This document shows positions 49,627 to 64,000 of a stretch of 64,000 bases of DNA, piece after piece. The stretch lies in assembly GCF_009914755.1 (NCBI RefSeq), contig NC_060942.1, one strand, 5' to 3'. This DNA is from the human T2T-CHM13v2.0 reference genome, Homo sapiens. The notes under the pieces are model-generated. The model was not told where the DNA came from. It saw only the letters and a program-made list of their open reading frames with translations, and made no database searches. The translations under genes were made by a program, and so were the position numbers. The number at the start of each line of letters is the position of its first letter. Positions within the stretch are counted from its first letter, which is position 1.

Positions 49627-51204
49627 TGAATATGAGAGTCCTAAAAATCTCTCTTTTAGATCCAATACTATGTGCTATAAAAGAAGTCATTGAGAACTAA
49701 CAAAAGTATGTACAGCAATTTATAAAATCTGCCACAATCACCTTTCCCTTGGCAGTTGAAATAAATTAAATCTGTCCCACATCTTATATCTGTCTCTCTG
49801 CTTTAATCTCCACATTGATTTTTGACCAAAGAGCCTCAAGACGTGAAATAATCAAATTGCACCAGAGAAAACACAAATGATCTGTTTTGCTTTGCATCTA
49901 AGTTTTATATTCAATCTTTCACTTATAAAAATTGAAAAAAGGAATTAAACTGAAACATACAGTCAATGGCTGTCATCTTCTGTCAATGATAACTTTTTAC
50001 TAATGGATACAAGGTCCAGTTGACATTCTTTCAATCTGTCAACTGAATGTCAAAAAGCCATTTGCAACTGTTCAAAACACATGGACACTAACACTACTGA
50101 CCATTACATTTAGTCATCTTCATTTCATTGGCAGAGTTTGACGCTGTTTATAATTTACATACAAAGAAATAGTTTTGTGCAAGAAACTTAGTCATCTTTG
50201 GACAGATGAATGACATTTTTATTAATTAATAAGAGTTAAATAACCATATCTCCTAAAAATCTGTTACCTTCATTTTCTCTATAATTTAAGATGTTTACAA
50301 TTACTTTTTCAGCATATAATGGGCAAAATCTTATACGTGTTTGAAAATGATTCTTTATGACACTTTTCTGAATAGAACATTTTTTTCTTGCCTTGGTCTC
50401 TAATCTGTTTTCACTGTTTCTTTTTCCTGACCAGTTTCAAAAAATACTTCCATAATGCAAGGGATTTTTAGGTAAGAAGTTCTTTTTGTCTGTGTCTGAA
50501 GGAACAGAGTCAACATTTAAAATGAGGAGTCTCTGCTAATTTTTCCTCCCCCAAATATTTCACCAACCACTCATCATTTTCATTAAATTCTAAGTCCAAT
50601 GTATGTCTCACCACAGTTCCTAGAGGAACAAGGGAGGCTTGATGTGGTCCAAGGTGATTGTGTATGAAAAGATGCTATTCCCTGAAAATGCTCTCCTTAT
50701 TATACACAGAGCTATAGTGGAAGCTTCTGTTTATACAAGACCTTTTCTTCTTCATTTTCAACACAGGAAGAAATATCAGTTTGCAATATGAGCAAAGTCT
50801 ATAAAGGGACAGCCAAAGCCTAGCAAGCGTTGGCTCTACAAGTCTAACATAAGTCAAAGGTAAATTAGCTGGCTGAAAGCATGTGGAAGGGAGAAGGGAA
50901 GGAAGAAAAGAAAAGGGAATGGAACAGAGTGAAAGAAGGAAGGAAGGGAAGGAAAGATGGAAGAGAGTGAGGGAGAAAGGGAGGGAGGGAACTGTAATAC
51001 AGGCCTCTACACAGAACTCTATATGGACCTCTATATTTGTACTTCTGTAAATAAAAAAAAAATCACTTTTTCTCACAATCATACAAAGTGGATCTAGGTT
51101 TTTTGGGGGCTGAAATCTTACACAATTTAAGGATTCATTGTGACAAAAGAGACAAATGCCTAATACACAAATAGTGCAGTGCTTTGGAAGGGGCCTGCTC
51201 AAGT

Positions 51205-51725
51205 GGGAGGAAGGAAGGAAGGAAGGAAGGAAGGGAGGGAGGGAGGGAGGGAGGGAGGGAGGGAAGGGAGGGGAGGGGAGGGGAGGGAAGGGAAGGGAGG
51301 GGAGAGAAGGGAAGGGAGGGGAGGGGAGAGAAAGGAGGGGAGGGGAGGGGAGAGAAAGGAGGGGAGGGGAGGGGAGGGAGGGGAGGGGAGGGGAGGGAGG
51401 GGAGGGGAGGGGAGGGAGGGAAGGGAGGGAAGGGAGGGAAGGGAGGGAAGGGAGGGGAGGGGAGGGGAGGGGAGGGGAGCAGATGGGGGCAGGGGAGGGG
51501 AGTGGATGGGGGCAGGGGAGGGGAGGGGAGGGGGAGGGAGACCGGAAGGGGAGGGAGACGGGGAGGGGAGGGAGACGGGGAGGGGGAGGGCAGGGGAGGG
51601 GAAGGGCAGGGGAGGGGAAGGGGAGGGAGACGGGGAGGGGGAGGGCAGGGGAGGGGGAAGGTAGGGGAGGGAAGGAAGGGGAGGGGAGGAGGGGAGGGGA
51701 GGGAGGAAGGAAAGGAAGAAGGGAG
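51205..51725 (+). repeat. ~520 bp almost pure purine (GGAA/GGGA/GGAGG)n tract
   Basis: Directly visible. Confidence 0.95.
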
Positions 51726-52753
51726 AACAAAGTGAAAGGTAAAAATAAATTATTTTCTCTTCCGTGTCCCGACAGTGAGGAAGCTGGCCCAGAGGCAGAG
51801 CTGGGAGAGCCTGGGATGGCCTTCCTCTCTCTCAACTGTAATGCAGGCCTCTACACAGACCTCTATATGGGCCTCTCTATATTAGCACTTCTGTAAGTGA
51901 AAGAAATTACTTTTTCTCATACTCATGCAAAGTGGATCTAGGTTTTGCAGGTCCTGAAACACAATGAAAGGCTTCATTGTGACAAAAAAAAGACAAATGC
52001 CTAATATACAAATAGTGTGGTGCCTTGGAGGAGGCCTTGGAGGAGGTGGAAGCCCCAAAGGCCAATTTCACCAGCACAAAGATTATACTCAGTAATGGTC
52101 ACCAAAGATCTAAGTCAGTGGTTCTTATAGTATGTTTGGGGGTCCCTGAGGATCCCTGTGTCCCTTTTGGGGATCTGCAAGGTCAAACCTATTTTCCTAG
52201 TAATATTAAGATGCAACATCAGTCTGTTTCTGCATCCACATCTGAAAAAGACTGAGAGAAAAAAAGGCTCCTGTCTGGCAAACTGGCAACCGCATTCTCA
52301 AACACCTGCTGAAATGCACTCAACGCAGCCCTGCTTCAGCCATATCAACCTAGCACTGTCTTGTATTGCTGGGGTATGTGGGGATTCTAACACCTTATCA
52401 CCACCATCAAAAATATTCATGTAATTGGGAAGATAGGAGTTCTACAGCTGAAACCTGAAGGCTGGTAATACCACATGTTTTTCAGCCCTTTACCAATTTC
52501 TTTTTTAAGCTTCAGGATGGTGGCAGATAAGAAAATTGGAAAGATTTTTATTGCTGTATCTGATTGATGGATTCACAAGATAAAGAAACCCTCAATACTA
52601 GAATAATGGCCAACTCACCTAAATTCAGCCATTTAAAAAAATGCTGAATATGCGCATTAAATGAACATGTTTACCATAAATAAAAACAGAGACCAGCCCA
52701 CGGGGCTGGCTTTTTCCATGTTTGATACCAGAAGATGTCTGGTGCTCACTCAC

Positions 52754-53098
52754 CCTCGGCTACAGTCAATCTCATCACGAAGGTTTCGTTTTCTCCTGCG
52801 CTGGCCTGCAAGTAGCAGCGGTAAAGCCCCGAGTCTGAGACTGTGACATCGGGGATGACGATGACGCTCCACCTTCCGTGGCTGCAGTTGCTCACTATTT
52901 GTCTTGGGAACTTGGAGGTGAAATTTCTGCCATGGACCAAGTTGCAGTAAGTTAAGAGGTCGATCTGACGGGGCTGGATCTTTTCCCACCTCACTGCCTG
53001 CACAGGCCACGTCATCTGAGGCTGACAAGTGAGTGTGACATTCTTTCCAGGTTCCGAAACAATGTGGCTATTTGATGGCACAGCTGCCTCAAAACTAT
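52754..53098 (-). CDS. CD226: CD226 exon encoding second Ig-like domain ([10 protein letters not shown]...MRLTVAE), phase 1-1, 345 nt
   Basis: Translation matches human CD226/DNAM-1 (VTLTC...W...DSGLYRC Ig motif); acceptor ttttcAG at 53100-53099; donor G|GTGAGT at 52753. Confidence 0.98.
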
Positions 53099-53197
53099 CT
53101 GAAAAGAAGAAGCAAATGATTAGATCCAGGTTGTCAAATTTTGGGACACCCAACTGGAAGATACCTAATCATAAAAATAATTGGTGATGTTACCTAA

Positions 53198-53532
<335 letters not shown>

Positions 53533-54042
53533 TTGTGAATGACACATTCTTGTAAGAGAAAGGGTTTTTTTTGTTTTTTGTTTTTTGTTTTTAAGTCCGG
53601 GAGATAAATAGAAAAGAGGATATGATTGTTCACACATAGTTCCATAAGTGTTACTTGGTTAACCATGTAGTGAGAAACACAGCCAAAACCCCTGGTGCTT
53701 TTCTTGGTATCATATCAAGAGGCTGAATTTTACAAAGAGACTGTTAGGCAATAATGCTGGGCTGGTGTCTCTGACACTGACCTACAGTATCAAATGTTCA
53801 GGTTATAATCATTCTGGCTAAGATTCTGACAGTTATGAAAAAGATACCAAATCATTCTCACTGAATATACACATGATCTCATTCTTCAGATATACAGGGT
53901 TGTCTTACACATGGGTAGAGTAGGGCCCCACATGTGGTATCAATTCTTGATACCATGAAAGTCCAGTATTCTCCCACCTTCCTCACACCATTTCTGGAAT
54001 TCCTACCATAAAGTACTCAGTAATTGTCACTAAATATCTAAG

Positions 54043-54378
54043 TCCATGGTCCTTAGAGTGTGTTTGGGGGCCCTGGGCATCTCTGTGTCCCTTTAGGGGA
54101 TATGCCAGTTCAAATCTATTTTCCTAGTGATATTGAGAGGAAATTCCCCCTCTTCACTCCAGTTCTCTCACAGGTATACAGTAGATATTTCCAGAGGCTC
54201 TGCCAGCTAGTGGTATGCATGCTTGAAAATTCTTGTGTTTTAAATTTTGCTCAATATTGATTTCTAATACAGTAAACATGACAGATATAGCGTACATAAA
54301 CAAACACTCCCTGAGGGCCTTCAGTAATTTTTAAAATAGCATAAAGGGGTCTTGAGACCAAAAAGTTTGGGAACCCGA
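54043..54378. mobile_element. Internally deleted hAT-Charlie1-like DNA transposon
   Basis: Decayed TIRs (catggtcctta... / ...tttgggaaccc) and aggggtcttgagaccaaaaagtttg end. Confidence 0.6.
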
Positions 54379-54659
54379 TCTAAAGAATAAACTGTGGTAA
54401 CTCTTTCTTAAAATTAAGATAACCCAGCAAGGTAACAAGTGGATCTATTTATTAGTGATGAACACCTTCTTTCTTCTGATGGCATCACTAATGCCAACAA
54501 ATCCTGACCTGCTATTTCAGTAGAGTGAGGCCTGGGCAGTAATGATGTCACAAAACTCTCTGGCACTAAGGGAGAAATGCAAAAAGTGGGAAGTCATCTG
54601 TCACTTCAACTATGTGACAGTTTCACTCAGGACTGGCCCAGGAGCCATTGTCTTGGCAT

Positions 54660-54810
54660 ACAAACAAAAGAAAAAAGAAATAGAGAAAGAGAGAAAGGAA
54701 GGAGGGAAGGAGAAAAAGAAGAGAGAAAAAGAAAAAAGGAGGGAGGAAGAAAAAAGGAAGGAAAGGAGACAGAGAAACAAAAGAGATGTCACATTTCGAA
54801 AGAGAGAATG
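54660..54810 (+). repeat. GA-rich low-complexity tract
   Basis: Directly visible. Confidence 0.8.
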
Positions 54811-56546
54811 AAAGCAAGTCTAAAGTGCAGTAAGATTTGCCATCTATTGAACTAGAATATCATGGCTACGATAGTTTCAGCCGCACCAAAAACTAGCTTC
54901 TCATCTTCAGCATGCGGTTCCATGTGTCAAAATGTTGTAAAAAGAAAACCACAGCACTCCAGCTTTCTCCTCTGTACAACCGTTTACCAAAGGTAGCACT
55001 TTACCCACATAACACACACCCGGAAAACATTTCGTCTCTAAGTAATAAAGCAACACAAGAAAAGGGGAAGAAAGAAAAGCAAAGGAAGAAAATTCATTAA
55101 AAAAGGGAAAAAAGGAAATAAAAGCTTAAAAGAAACAAAAGGAAAATTAAAATAAAAATTAAAACAGGGAAAGGAAGACGTGAGAAAAGAAGGAAATGCG
55201 TGACAACATAAAATCAGATGCTAGCACACCATGTGGAGAAATGAAAGAACATAAAAGAAATGAAAAAAAGGAGGAGAAATCGACTTTCATGTGAGCCCTT
55301 CTGGTCCCTGGGAAGTAAGAGGCAGCGTGAATGCGTGTCCTCAGTGCTCACACGCACAACTGTTTTGTGTTTTTCTTCTTCTTCTCTCTGGATGCCACCC
55401 CGTCCAATCTCAGGAGTTTCCTTTGTCTGCCTATCTAACCAAAACCATGCTGTCAGGCCCCCGTGAACCTGCCGACTCAGGTAGAAACAGGGGTCTACTC
55501 ATAGCCGTGTCTGCATTTTCACAAAGGACAATGCAGGAAGCAATGGGGAAAATCCTAGAGGGGATGCAGCTGTCTTTGGGGAGCAAAGTGCAGGGAGGTT
55601 ACAGCAGAGGCTCCATGTGAGGACCTAGACCCGCCTCTCAATAGACTCAGCCTGGAGGTGAAAGAAGCGGTTCCCAACCCTAGAGCCAGGTGGTTCAGAA
55701 GCTCAGAGTAGCCCCCGATTAACCTTTCCTGACAAACAGAGTAACTGATTGGTGTTAGATGAAAATCAAGACCTATTACGAGGTCAGCCAAACCTGCCTT
55801 GCCTCAGATATTGCTTGTGGCTTCTCAGACCACAGGCTCTTCCTGCAAAGCTCAGTGGAAGGCAGCTCAAAATGACCTTGAAAAGAACTGCCAGAAAGAG
55901 CCCACACAAACAAGAGAACCGTGGGATCCTGATGAACTTGGAATTGGAAAGTGGATTCACGTGAAACAGACCAAAATGTCGTAGTTAATTGGGAAGAAAA
56001 AAATTTGATTTCAATAAAACAAATACAAATAATGAAAACCAGCTTATACTTATATGTAGCTACGTATTAATACTTAGAATAAACATTGAATAGACTGTGT
56101 TGTTTTCCCATGATTTTTATTGCAGGATATCATGATTAAATATTCTCTATTTTGTATGTGGCTTCTCTGGCTTGACCACAAATCATCCTTGGAAATTATT
56201 TCAGTGCTTCATCACTTTTCCAACCACTGCTCATGTCCTGGGTACCCCAAACATTGCTGGGTACATCTTCACATCATGCCACTGCCCCTGCCCACTAGCG
56301 CCTCCCTGGCTACTGACCTGTCCTCCTCACCATCCTCACTGGTCAACAGTTCTGCATATGCAGTTTGAGCAGCTCTGCAAAATCCTTCACCCACTTCACA
56401 AAACCCTGAGTCATTTTACTGTCAGCTTCGTAAACCCAAGCCTCTGTATAGCTAGACCATTTTACACTGCTCTGTACTTAGCACCTAGAACCATGCTTGG
56501 CATAAAGTAGAGAAGTCAATCAATATTTTTTGGATAAAAAATTTGC

Positions 56547-57490
56547 CAACCTAAAGAATGGGAGGAAATATTTGCAAACTATGCATCTGACAAAGGTCTA
56601 ATATCCAGCATCTATAAGGAAGTTAAGCAAATTTACAAGAGGAAAACGACCCCATTAAAAAGTGGGTAAAGGACACAAACAGACACTTCTCAAAAGAAGA
56701 CATATACGTGGCCAACAAGCATATGACAAAAAGCTCAATATCACTCATCATTACAGAAAGGCAAACCAAAATGACAATGAGACACCATCTCATACCAGTC
56801 AGAATGGCTATTACTAAAAAGGCAAAACATTACAGATGCTGGTGAGGTTGCAGAGAAAAGGGAACACTTATACACTGTTGGTGGGAGTGTAAATTAATTC
56901 AACCATTGTGGAAAGCAGTATGGCAATTCCTCAAAGAGATAAAAGCAGAACTACCATTTGACCCAGCAATCCCATTCCTGGGCATATACCCAGAGGAATA
57001 TAAATCATCCCACTATAAAGACACATATGTACATGAATGTTCACTGCAGCACTAATCACAATAGCAAAGACATGAAATCAACCTAAACGTCCATCAGTGA
57101 CAGATGGGATAAAGAAAATGTGTTACATATTCATCATGGAATACTATGCAGCCATAAAAAAGAATGAGATCATATGTTTTGTGGGAACATGGATGCAGCT
57201 GGAGGCTATTATCCTCAGTAAACTAATGCAGGAATTGAAAACCAAATACCACATGTTCTCACTTTCAAATGGGAGCTAAAGGATAAGAAGTTAGGAACAT
57301 AAAGAAGGAAACAACAGACACTGGGTCTAGTTGAGAGCGGAGGGTGGGAGGAGGGAGAGAAGCAGAAAAGAGAACTCTTAGTTACTGAGCTTAATAACTG
57401 GTGATGAAATAATATGTACAATGAACCCCTGTGACACATATTTACCTATGCAACAAACCTTCACATGTACCCACAAACCTAAAAGTTTTT
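56547..57490 (+). mobile_element. L1PA/PB 3' end
   Basis: ORF2 C-terminal region and 3'UTR. Confidence 0.9.
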
Positions 57491-57504
57491 TTAAAAATTT
57501 TTCT

Positions 57505-57810
<306 letters not shown>

Positions 57811-58652
57811 TTTCTAATAAAATAAAACTGTATTTCTGACTTTAAACACTTGAAAAAATTAATTTGCAATTCATTTGCACTCAATGTGCATGTATTTTTA
57901 TTGATTTTGGGGGAGATTTACATCTATAATAACCCTAATATTAAGAAATATATTTAAAATAGTATTAGTCATGCCTAAACGAATTGAGAGTTCTAGGCAA
58001 CAATCCTCAGTGTCTGCAAATTCACAAATGCCATTTATGTTTCCACAGTACCACCTTGGAAGTCATAGCCTTGTCAAAATAATCAAACCTGATGCTAATC
58101 AAGCCTCCAAATCTAACCACCAACTTACAGAACTGCAAAGAGCAGAGAAACGTATCAAATGCCACCATGGGAAAGCAGCCCACGGGAATATGAAAAACTC
58201 AAGGTGACAACAACAACAAAAAAATGAAAGGTGGAGAGGAATCAACCTACAGGTTAAAGGGAGGTATTACACAGTAACAATGTGTGGAACTTAAAAAGGA
58301 AAAATTCATAGAACTGGAGAAATGCAAAGTAGACACTTAATAATTTTAAGAAATTATTGCTGTTTTGTGAGGGGTGAAGGTAATGATGGTATCATGTTTA
58401 TGTTAAAAAGAAAACTCATCTTTTGAGATTCAGGCTAAAATATTTATTGATGAGATGACTTAATGGCTGGAATTTGCTTCAAATTAATCAAGGGAAAGAG
58501 AGAGTGTGAGAAATAGAGAACAATAACACTGACCCAAACTTGATAGTCGGCGAAGCTATATACTGGTCACAGGGGAACTGATTATGCTATTCTTTCTATT
58601 TTTGTATATGTTTGAAACTTCCATTAAAAAAGCTTTAAAAGTATTTATTTGT

Positions 58653-59058
<406 letters not shown>

Positions 59059-59199
59059 TCAGTATTAATGTGCCTGTTTCACAGTTGAAAAAATAAATAT
59101 ACTGAAGTAGCTTTCCCAAAGAGCTGAGCTGGCAAAGAACAGAATCAGAAACGCAAGAAACTAATTTGGTTTTAAAGCTCATACATTTTTCATGCCAGA

Positions 59200-59830
59200 A
59201 CACCACAAATGCTAAACTCTCTCCTGTATCTTTAACCTCCAATTCTAAGTGGACTGTTCTCTCTCTCACCTCTAAACGGGATCTTTCTCCCATTCCTGAA
59301 AACCAACTTTGGACCTTTTGGCGCCATCCAGTCCTTGTTTCTTCTTCCCTATTCATTCAAAATTGCAGGAGTGGGTTCCCATCCTGCTCGGCCTCACCCT
59401 TTCCCATGTGTGCTTCGACACAATCGAGCATCCATTTCCACCCTTCTACCAAGACTGCAAATGTCATCAGTGTTCTTGACCTGAATGCTGGATGTCCAGC
59501 CCTCCTGGAAATACTCTACCCCTTGGCTTCCGTGACATTGCACTTGCCTGCCTCTCCTCTCTCCTTTCTGACCTCCCTCTGCTATCTCCTTCATGCTTTC
59601 TCTTCTTCTGCTTGTCCCTAAAAAAAAATGTGTGTTGTGCCCCCAGGAGTCCACTGCCCTTCCCTGTCTACTCACCATCGCTGAGTGAGCCTATCTACTC
59701 TCCTTGTTCAACCATCTCTTAGGTGCAGATCAAGTGCAAATCAATAGCGCCTGCTCAGTCAGACCTCTCCCCAGGGTTTCTAAAGCACGAGACGATAACT
59801 TGTTCTTACGATGCTTCAAATAGACTAAAA
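59200..59830 (+). mobile_element. L2 remnant
   Basis: ctcctggaaatactct..ccttggcttccgtgaca..ctctctcc, L2 ORF2-like. Confidence 0.55.
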
Positions 59831-60518
59831 ATTAAACAGCCCAGCATTGCCCTAAGCCATCTGCAGGAGCACTATTATTACACTAGCTAATTAGAAATGA
59901 TGATAGTAGTAGCTCCAGTAGCTTCACGTATTCCCAACTGTGCCTAGACTATGAATATGCTCAATTAAGAACTTTTCTACAAACTCTTACTAGTCACCCA
60001 AATAAATGCAAAATGAAATGTTGACTGCATGATGACTAAGGAGGTCTCCTAAAGTGCCTGAGATAAAGTTCTCAAAAATAAGCAAGCAAAAGAAATAGAA
60101 AGGCAAGTTCCCAGTTACAAGCAAGCAACAAAGTCCAGAAAGTGGAAAAATGGCACTTTTGAAGCTCATAGGGCATGCAGTGTGGGAGGACATACTGAGG
60201 ACAGAAGGAGAAACACAGACACAAAAGGCAGAATTTTCCAAGGATGCCTTTGCCTGCCTCATAGTTCTGGCTGTGACAGCCAAAAAGTGAAAAAGACAGT
60301 CGTGGTGGACACTGAACTGAGCTGTCAGGCAGCTTCAAGCAGAATAGAAACAGAAGCCTCTTCCCTAGAACGCATCAGCATTCCCAGAAAGAGAATGCAA
60401 GCTCCTGCCTACACTGTAGACTCCCTGTGTGCATTCATTTCAAACATAGACAGCAATGACAGTATTGGATGGCATTTCTCTAAAAAGCTGCAATGTTCCC
60501 AGATGGCCAAGTTTGGGG

Positions 60519-60955
60519 ATGTTACAGGTGGAATTGTGTCCCCCAACATTCCTATGGTGAAGTCCTAGCCTCCAGTACTTCACAACCTGATCTGATTTGG
60601 AAATAGGGCTGTTGCAGATACAATTAGTTAACATGAAGTCATCCTGGAATAGGGTGGCCCCTAATCCAATATGACCGTGTCCTTATAAAAAGGGGAAATT
60701 CTGACACAGGCATGAATACAAGCAGAACGCCATGTGAAGATGAATGCAGAGATTGGGTTGATGCTTCCACGAGCCAAGGAAGGCCAAAGATTGCCAGAAA
60801 TTGCCAGAAGCTAGGTGAGACCTCTCCTTGCAACCCCCAGAGGGAACCAACCCTGCTGATACCTTCACTTTGGACTTCAAACTGCAAGACAACACATTTC
60901 TGTTAAGTTACCCAGCTTTTGGTATCATGTGCCAGCAGCTCTAGGACACTAATAG
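60519..60955 (+). mobile_element. MLT1B/C-type LTR
   Basis: tgttacaggtggaattgtgtcccc...atttggaaatagg...gcagctctaggacactaata. Confidence 0.8.
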
Positions 60956-63900
60956 GGAGTAAGGACCATCAGGACGACATCTTGGGTACAGTCTGGGCCT
61001 CGCCAGCACCCATCAGAAGCAGCAAGTCCATCCTGCTGAGAAAATCGGCCGTCTTCACAACACTGCTTCCCACACGTTGCCATTTTCTGTCTTTCATCTA
61101 AAGTGCAGATAAAAGGTAAAGGACCAAACAAGATAAAAAATAAGCTAAAAGACCGCTTAACTGAAAGGCACAGATAAAGTGGGAAGAGTGAGTTACAATA
61201 AAGAGATAAAAACACAACCCGACAAAGCCATCATGAAGGAAAGCCAGGCAAGGCCATTTGTGGAAATAAAAAAATGAAGGGACTAGATTCAGGCTGCGTG
61301 TCCTGCATGGCAAATCAGGATTCAGCCCAGAAAATCCATATTAAGAGATGATTTGCAGTATGTCCAAAGAGCGATTCCCCTGTCTAAGCACTGAACAGCA
61401 AAGGACTTGCAATGCAGGCCCCGGCAGGTTTGTGATTCAGATTACCCAGGAGTCAAAGCAACTGCTGAGACCACCGGCCTCCCCAGCTTCAGAGCCCAGG
61501 CTGCCTCCAGGGGCAGCTCCGTGGAGCTCCAGAATCTTGAGATTGGCTCCTGAAAGGTAACCGTGGGTCCCCTTGGTGTAATGTTTGTTCAGGTTCTAAT
61601 TGTTAAAAAAAATAACTTTCAATCTCTCCACCATGGTACAATGAGAATGATGTTTTTATTATAGTCAGTATCATAAGATTTGCTGAATCACATGGAAAAG
61701 TCAAACTTTTGAGCCATTCTGCAGTTTCTCTCAACCAGAAAAATTACTGACTAATGGGATATAAGAATTTTAAATATAGGTAGTACATCTCTGAGGTCTC
61801 ATAAAACCAAAAAATAAAATGCCCAAGAGCATTGGTCTGTTTCTTCTACTAAAATGTTACCAATTGGCCCCCCAGGTTAGACAATTTAATGTAGACTTTC
61901 TGCATGGCAGGTTTTTAACAGAAAAAGACATCAAGAGATTAACACCATCTCTAATGATTCTGTACTAGAGAATAGATTGTTAGTGATGGTCCCTGGAGAC
62001 TACATTAAGCATTTTGTCCCATATACTTAAAAATATTTTCAGTATATTTTTAAAGTAAAATAATAAGCCTTGAACGAGTCCTTACTAAGTGCCAGCATTA
62101 AATGCATTACCTAAGCTAGTGCATTTAGTCCCCACAAATAAGTCACCCAGCTGTGAATGGCAGGACATTCTTACCTAGGCAGGGCGTCTAGGGAGCCAGT
62201 CTCAAACCAGCCCTGAAAAGGGACTCCGGTGACAGCCAGAGTTTTCTTTTCCACCCTGCAGCAGGGCAGGATCTCAGAGGCAACATCAGCTCCAAGGATG
62301 CCTCTGCTCCTAGATAGCTTATTTTCTGATGCCTTAACTCTTATAATTAGAAATCAATTTCTGCACTTGTCCTTGTTAAAATGCATATAAAATTTTCAAT
62401 TCCCGGCAGGCACCAACACATTAGTGTGAAATTGTCCATTAGATTGTTTTCCAAGTAGAAAGCAAGGAAGATGTTTCCCACAGGAGAGTGGCCAGCAATA
62501 GACTTGCTGTGGCAAAGGAGAGAGAGGAGAGCCCAGAACTAGCCTTGTCCCTGCCAAGGTGAGTGCACCGCGGGGCAGAGGGCAGAGAAGGAGAGTGAGT
62601 GGAAGTGCGGGATTGGTGGGAGACTCATGCAGAAAGATGGACTGCAAACCAGAGGCGGTGAAATTTTACCTCCTTTATTTTTCCTTCCTTTATTCATTCA
62701 ACATTCATTCCTTCATCCACAAAGATTACTGGGTGTAAATAAAACACAGACTGGGTTAGGGGAGAGACACACAAGCAGATAATTGCTGTAAAAAGACGAT
62801 AAGTCCTCCAAAGAACAAAGTGATGAAAGCACAAAGAGAGCCTGTAGAAATTCCCCACTGAGGCCCTGATGGCATCTGCAGAGACCCAAAGAGACAGAGC
62901 TGTGAGTTTCAGAAGCAGCTATTGCCCGACGGTGCTCACCAAGGTCTGTCAAAGATTCTCTCACCAAACACAAGGGTATTTGCCAGAAGAAAATCTATTT
63001 AGGACTCCAAACTTAAGCTGTTCGATTGCATAAGTTTGATGCCTTTAGAGCATCTACTCCAGGTTCAATTTCCTTCCTCTTCTCATATTTTCTGACCATG
63101 TCACTATTTTAGTATCTACTTCATTACATTTCTTTGGTATTTCCAGATGGCTTTGTGGAGAACAAATAAGTACCATTTGTGATGCATGACATATGAAAAA
63201 TGACTAAGAACCAACTGATATAATGTTAGAAATGGGAAACCAAGAAACAGTACCTGCACACCCTCACAATGTACTCTACACATACTATATACGCCTAGAT
63301 GTGAACTTACATATTTTGACTTCCATTGAAAAAAAAGATGTAATAAAATTAAGTTAATTCTAAAACTAAGTTTTAAAACACACTGCTCAGGAAATCAGAG
63401 GTTCACCATTGCTAACAGTGTGATTCCTATCCAATTAAAATTGCTCTGAAAATTGGAAGATAATTTCTGCAAATTTCTGCAGGCAAAAGACATGACCTAT
63501 GAAATAGAAGCCATTTTCTGTAGGGAAAGGAGAACACAAGGTCCTCTGGTCTTGCTCAGCGCTGCAAAAATCTCGTCAGGAATAGCAACAGGACTCAAAG
63601 AAAAGCAAACTAAAAATTCACCCTTACAGCTCTCTCCTGAAAATGTGAATATGAGCCCTATTTTGCCTAGCAAAATATTTCACGCTTTAACTGGCCGCAG
63701 GCAAGAAAGGTGAGGATTTCTTGGAGGACTTCGAGTTTCAGACAATATTCACGTTCGTTGTAAGGGAAAATGGCAAATGACGAATGGGAAGAACTGAAAG
63801 ATGAAATCTTTGCTTGGGTTTCGCTAAGCAATAAGTTCCAAACACCCTGCAATGCAGGGAACTCCATAAAAATGGAGCAGGAGCCGGGCTTGACTCGGAC

Positions 63901-64000
63901 AGTGAGCAGATGCTGTCAGGCTCTACGGACACCTCCTGGGACCTTTCTGCCTTCTTGAAGCACCCCAGCTTCTGTGCTCTCTTCTCCCCTAACAGCCAGC

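Noticed and set aside
50675-51896. Long ORFs (386 aa Pro/Ser/Leu-rich; 246 aa Gly/Arg/Glu-rich)
   Set aside because: By-products of the stop-free purine tract; low complexity in several frames
52746-53153. 135-aa ORF as a standalone gene
   Set aside because: It is the CD226 Ig2 exon plus intronic flanks
56283-56305. CTCF-like motifs (also near 2910 and 61500)
   Set aside because: Need indels or several core mismatches
60912-61098. Possible cryptic minus-strand exon with a good pyrimidine tract and AG
   Set aside because: Only a weak donor inside MLT1; no similarity to known CD226 sequence; not supportable without RNA data

Overview
Human genomic DNA (human-specific AluYa5 and AluYb-lineage inserts; exons match my recall of human CD226), corresponding to the CD226 (DNAM-1) locus. 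CD226 runs on the minus strand. The window holds its second Ig-domain exon (52754-53098), TM exon (29994-30096), 55-nt juxtamembrane exon (24200-24254) and last coding exon (21158-21283, Gly307 allele), plus short and long 3'UTR ends. The first ~5.9 kb is probably the 3'UTR of the convergent neighbour DOK6 (from locus knowledge, not sequence recognition). The rest is intron rich in Alu, L1, L2, LTR and DNA-transposon remnants. I found no novel multi-gene system. The most notable observations are: (1) a ~1.4 kb inversion that splits both an LTR and an Alu; (2) an RPL39 processed pseudogene nested in an L1 and itself split by a MER11 solo LTR; (3) two sequence-encoded routes to a TM-less CD226 (TM-exon skipping into an open 98-aa alternative frame, and an intronic stop plus poly(A) signal); (4) inverted Alus in the long 3'UTR; (5) ancient local duplications around the Ig2 exon. 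Repeat family names are from visual recognition, and their boundaries are approximate.
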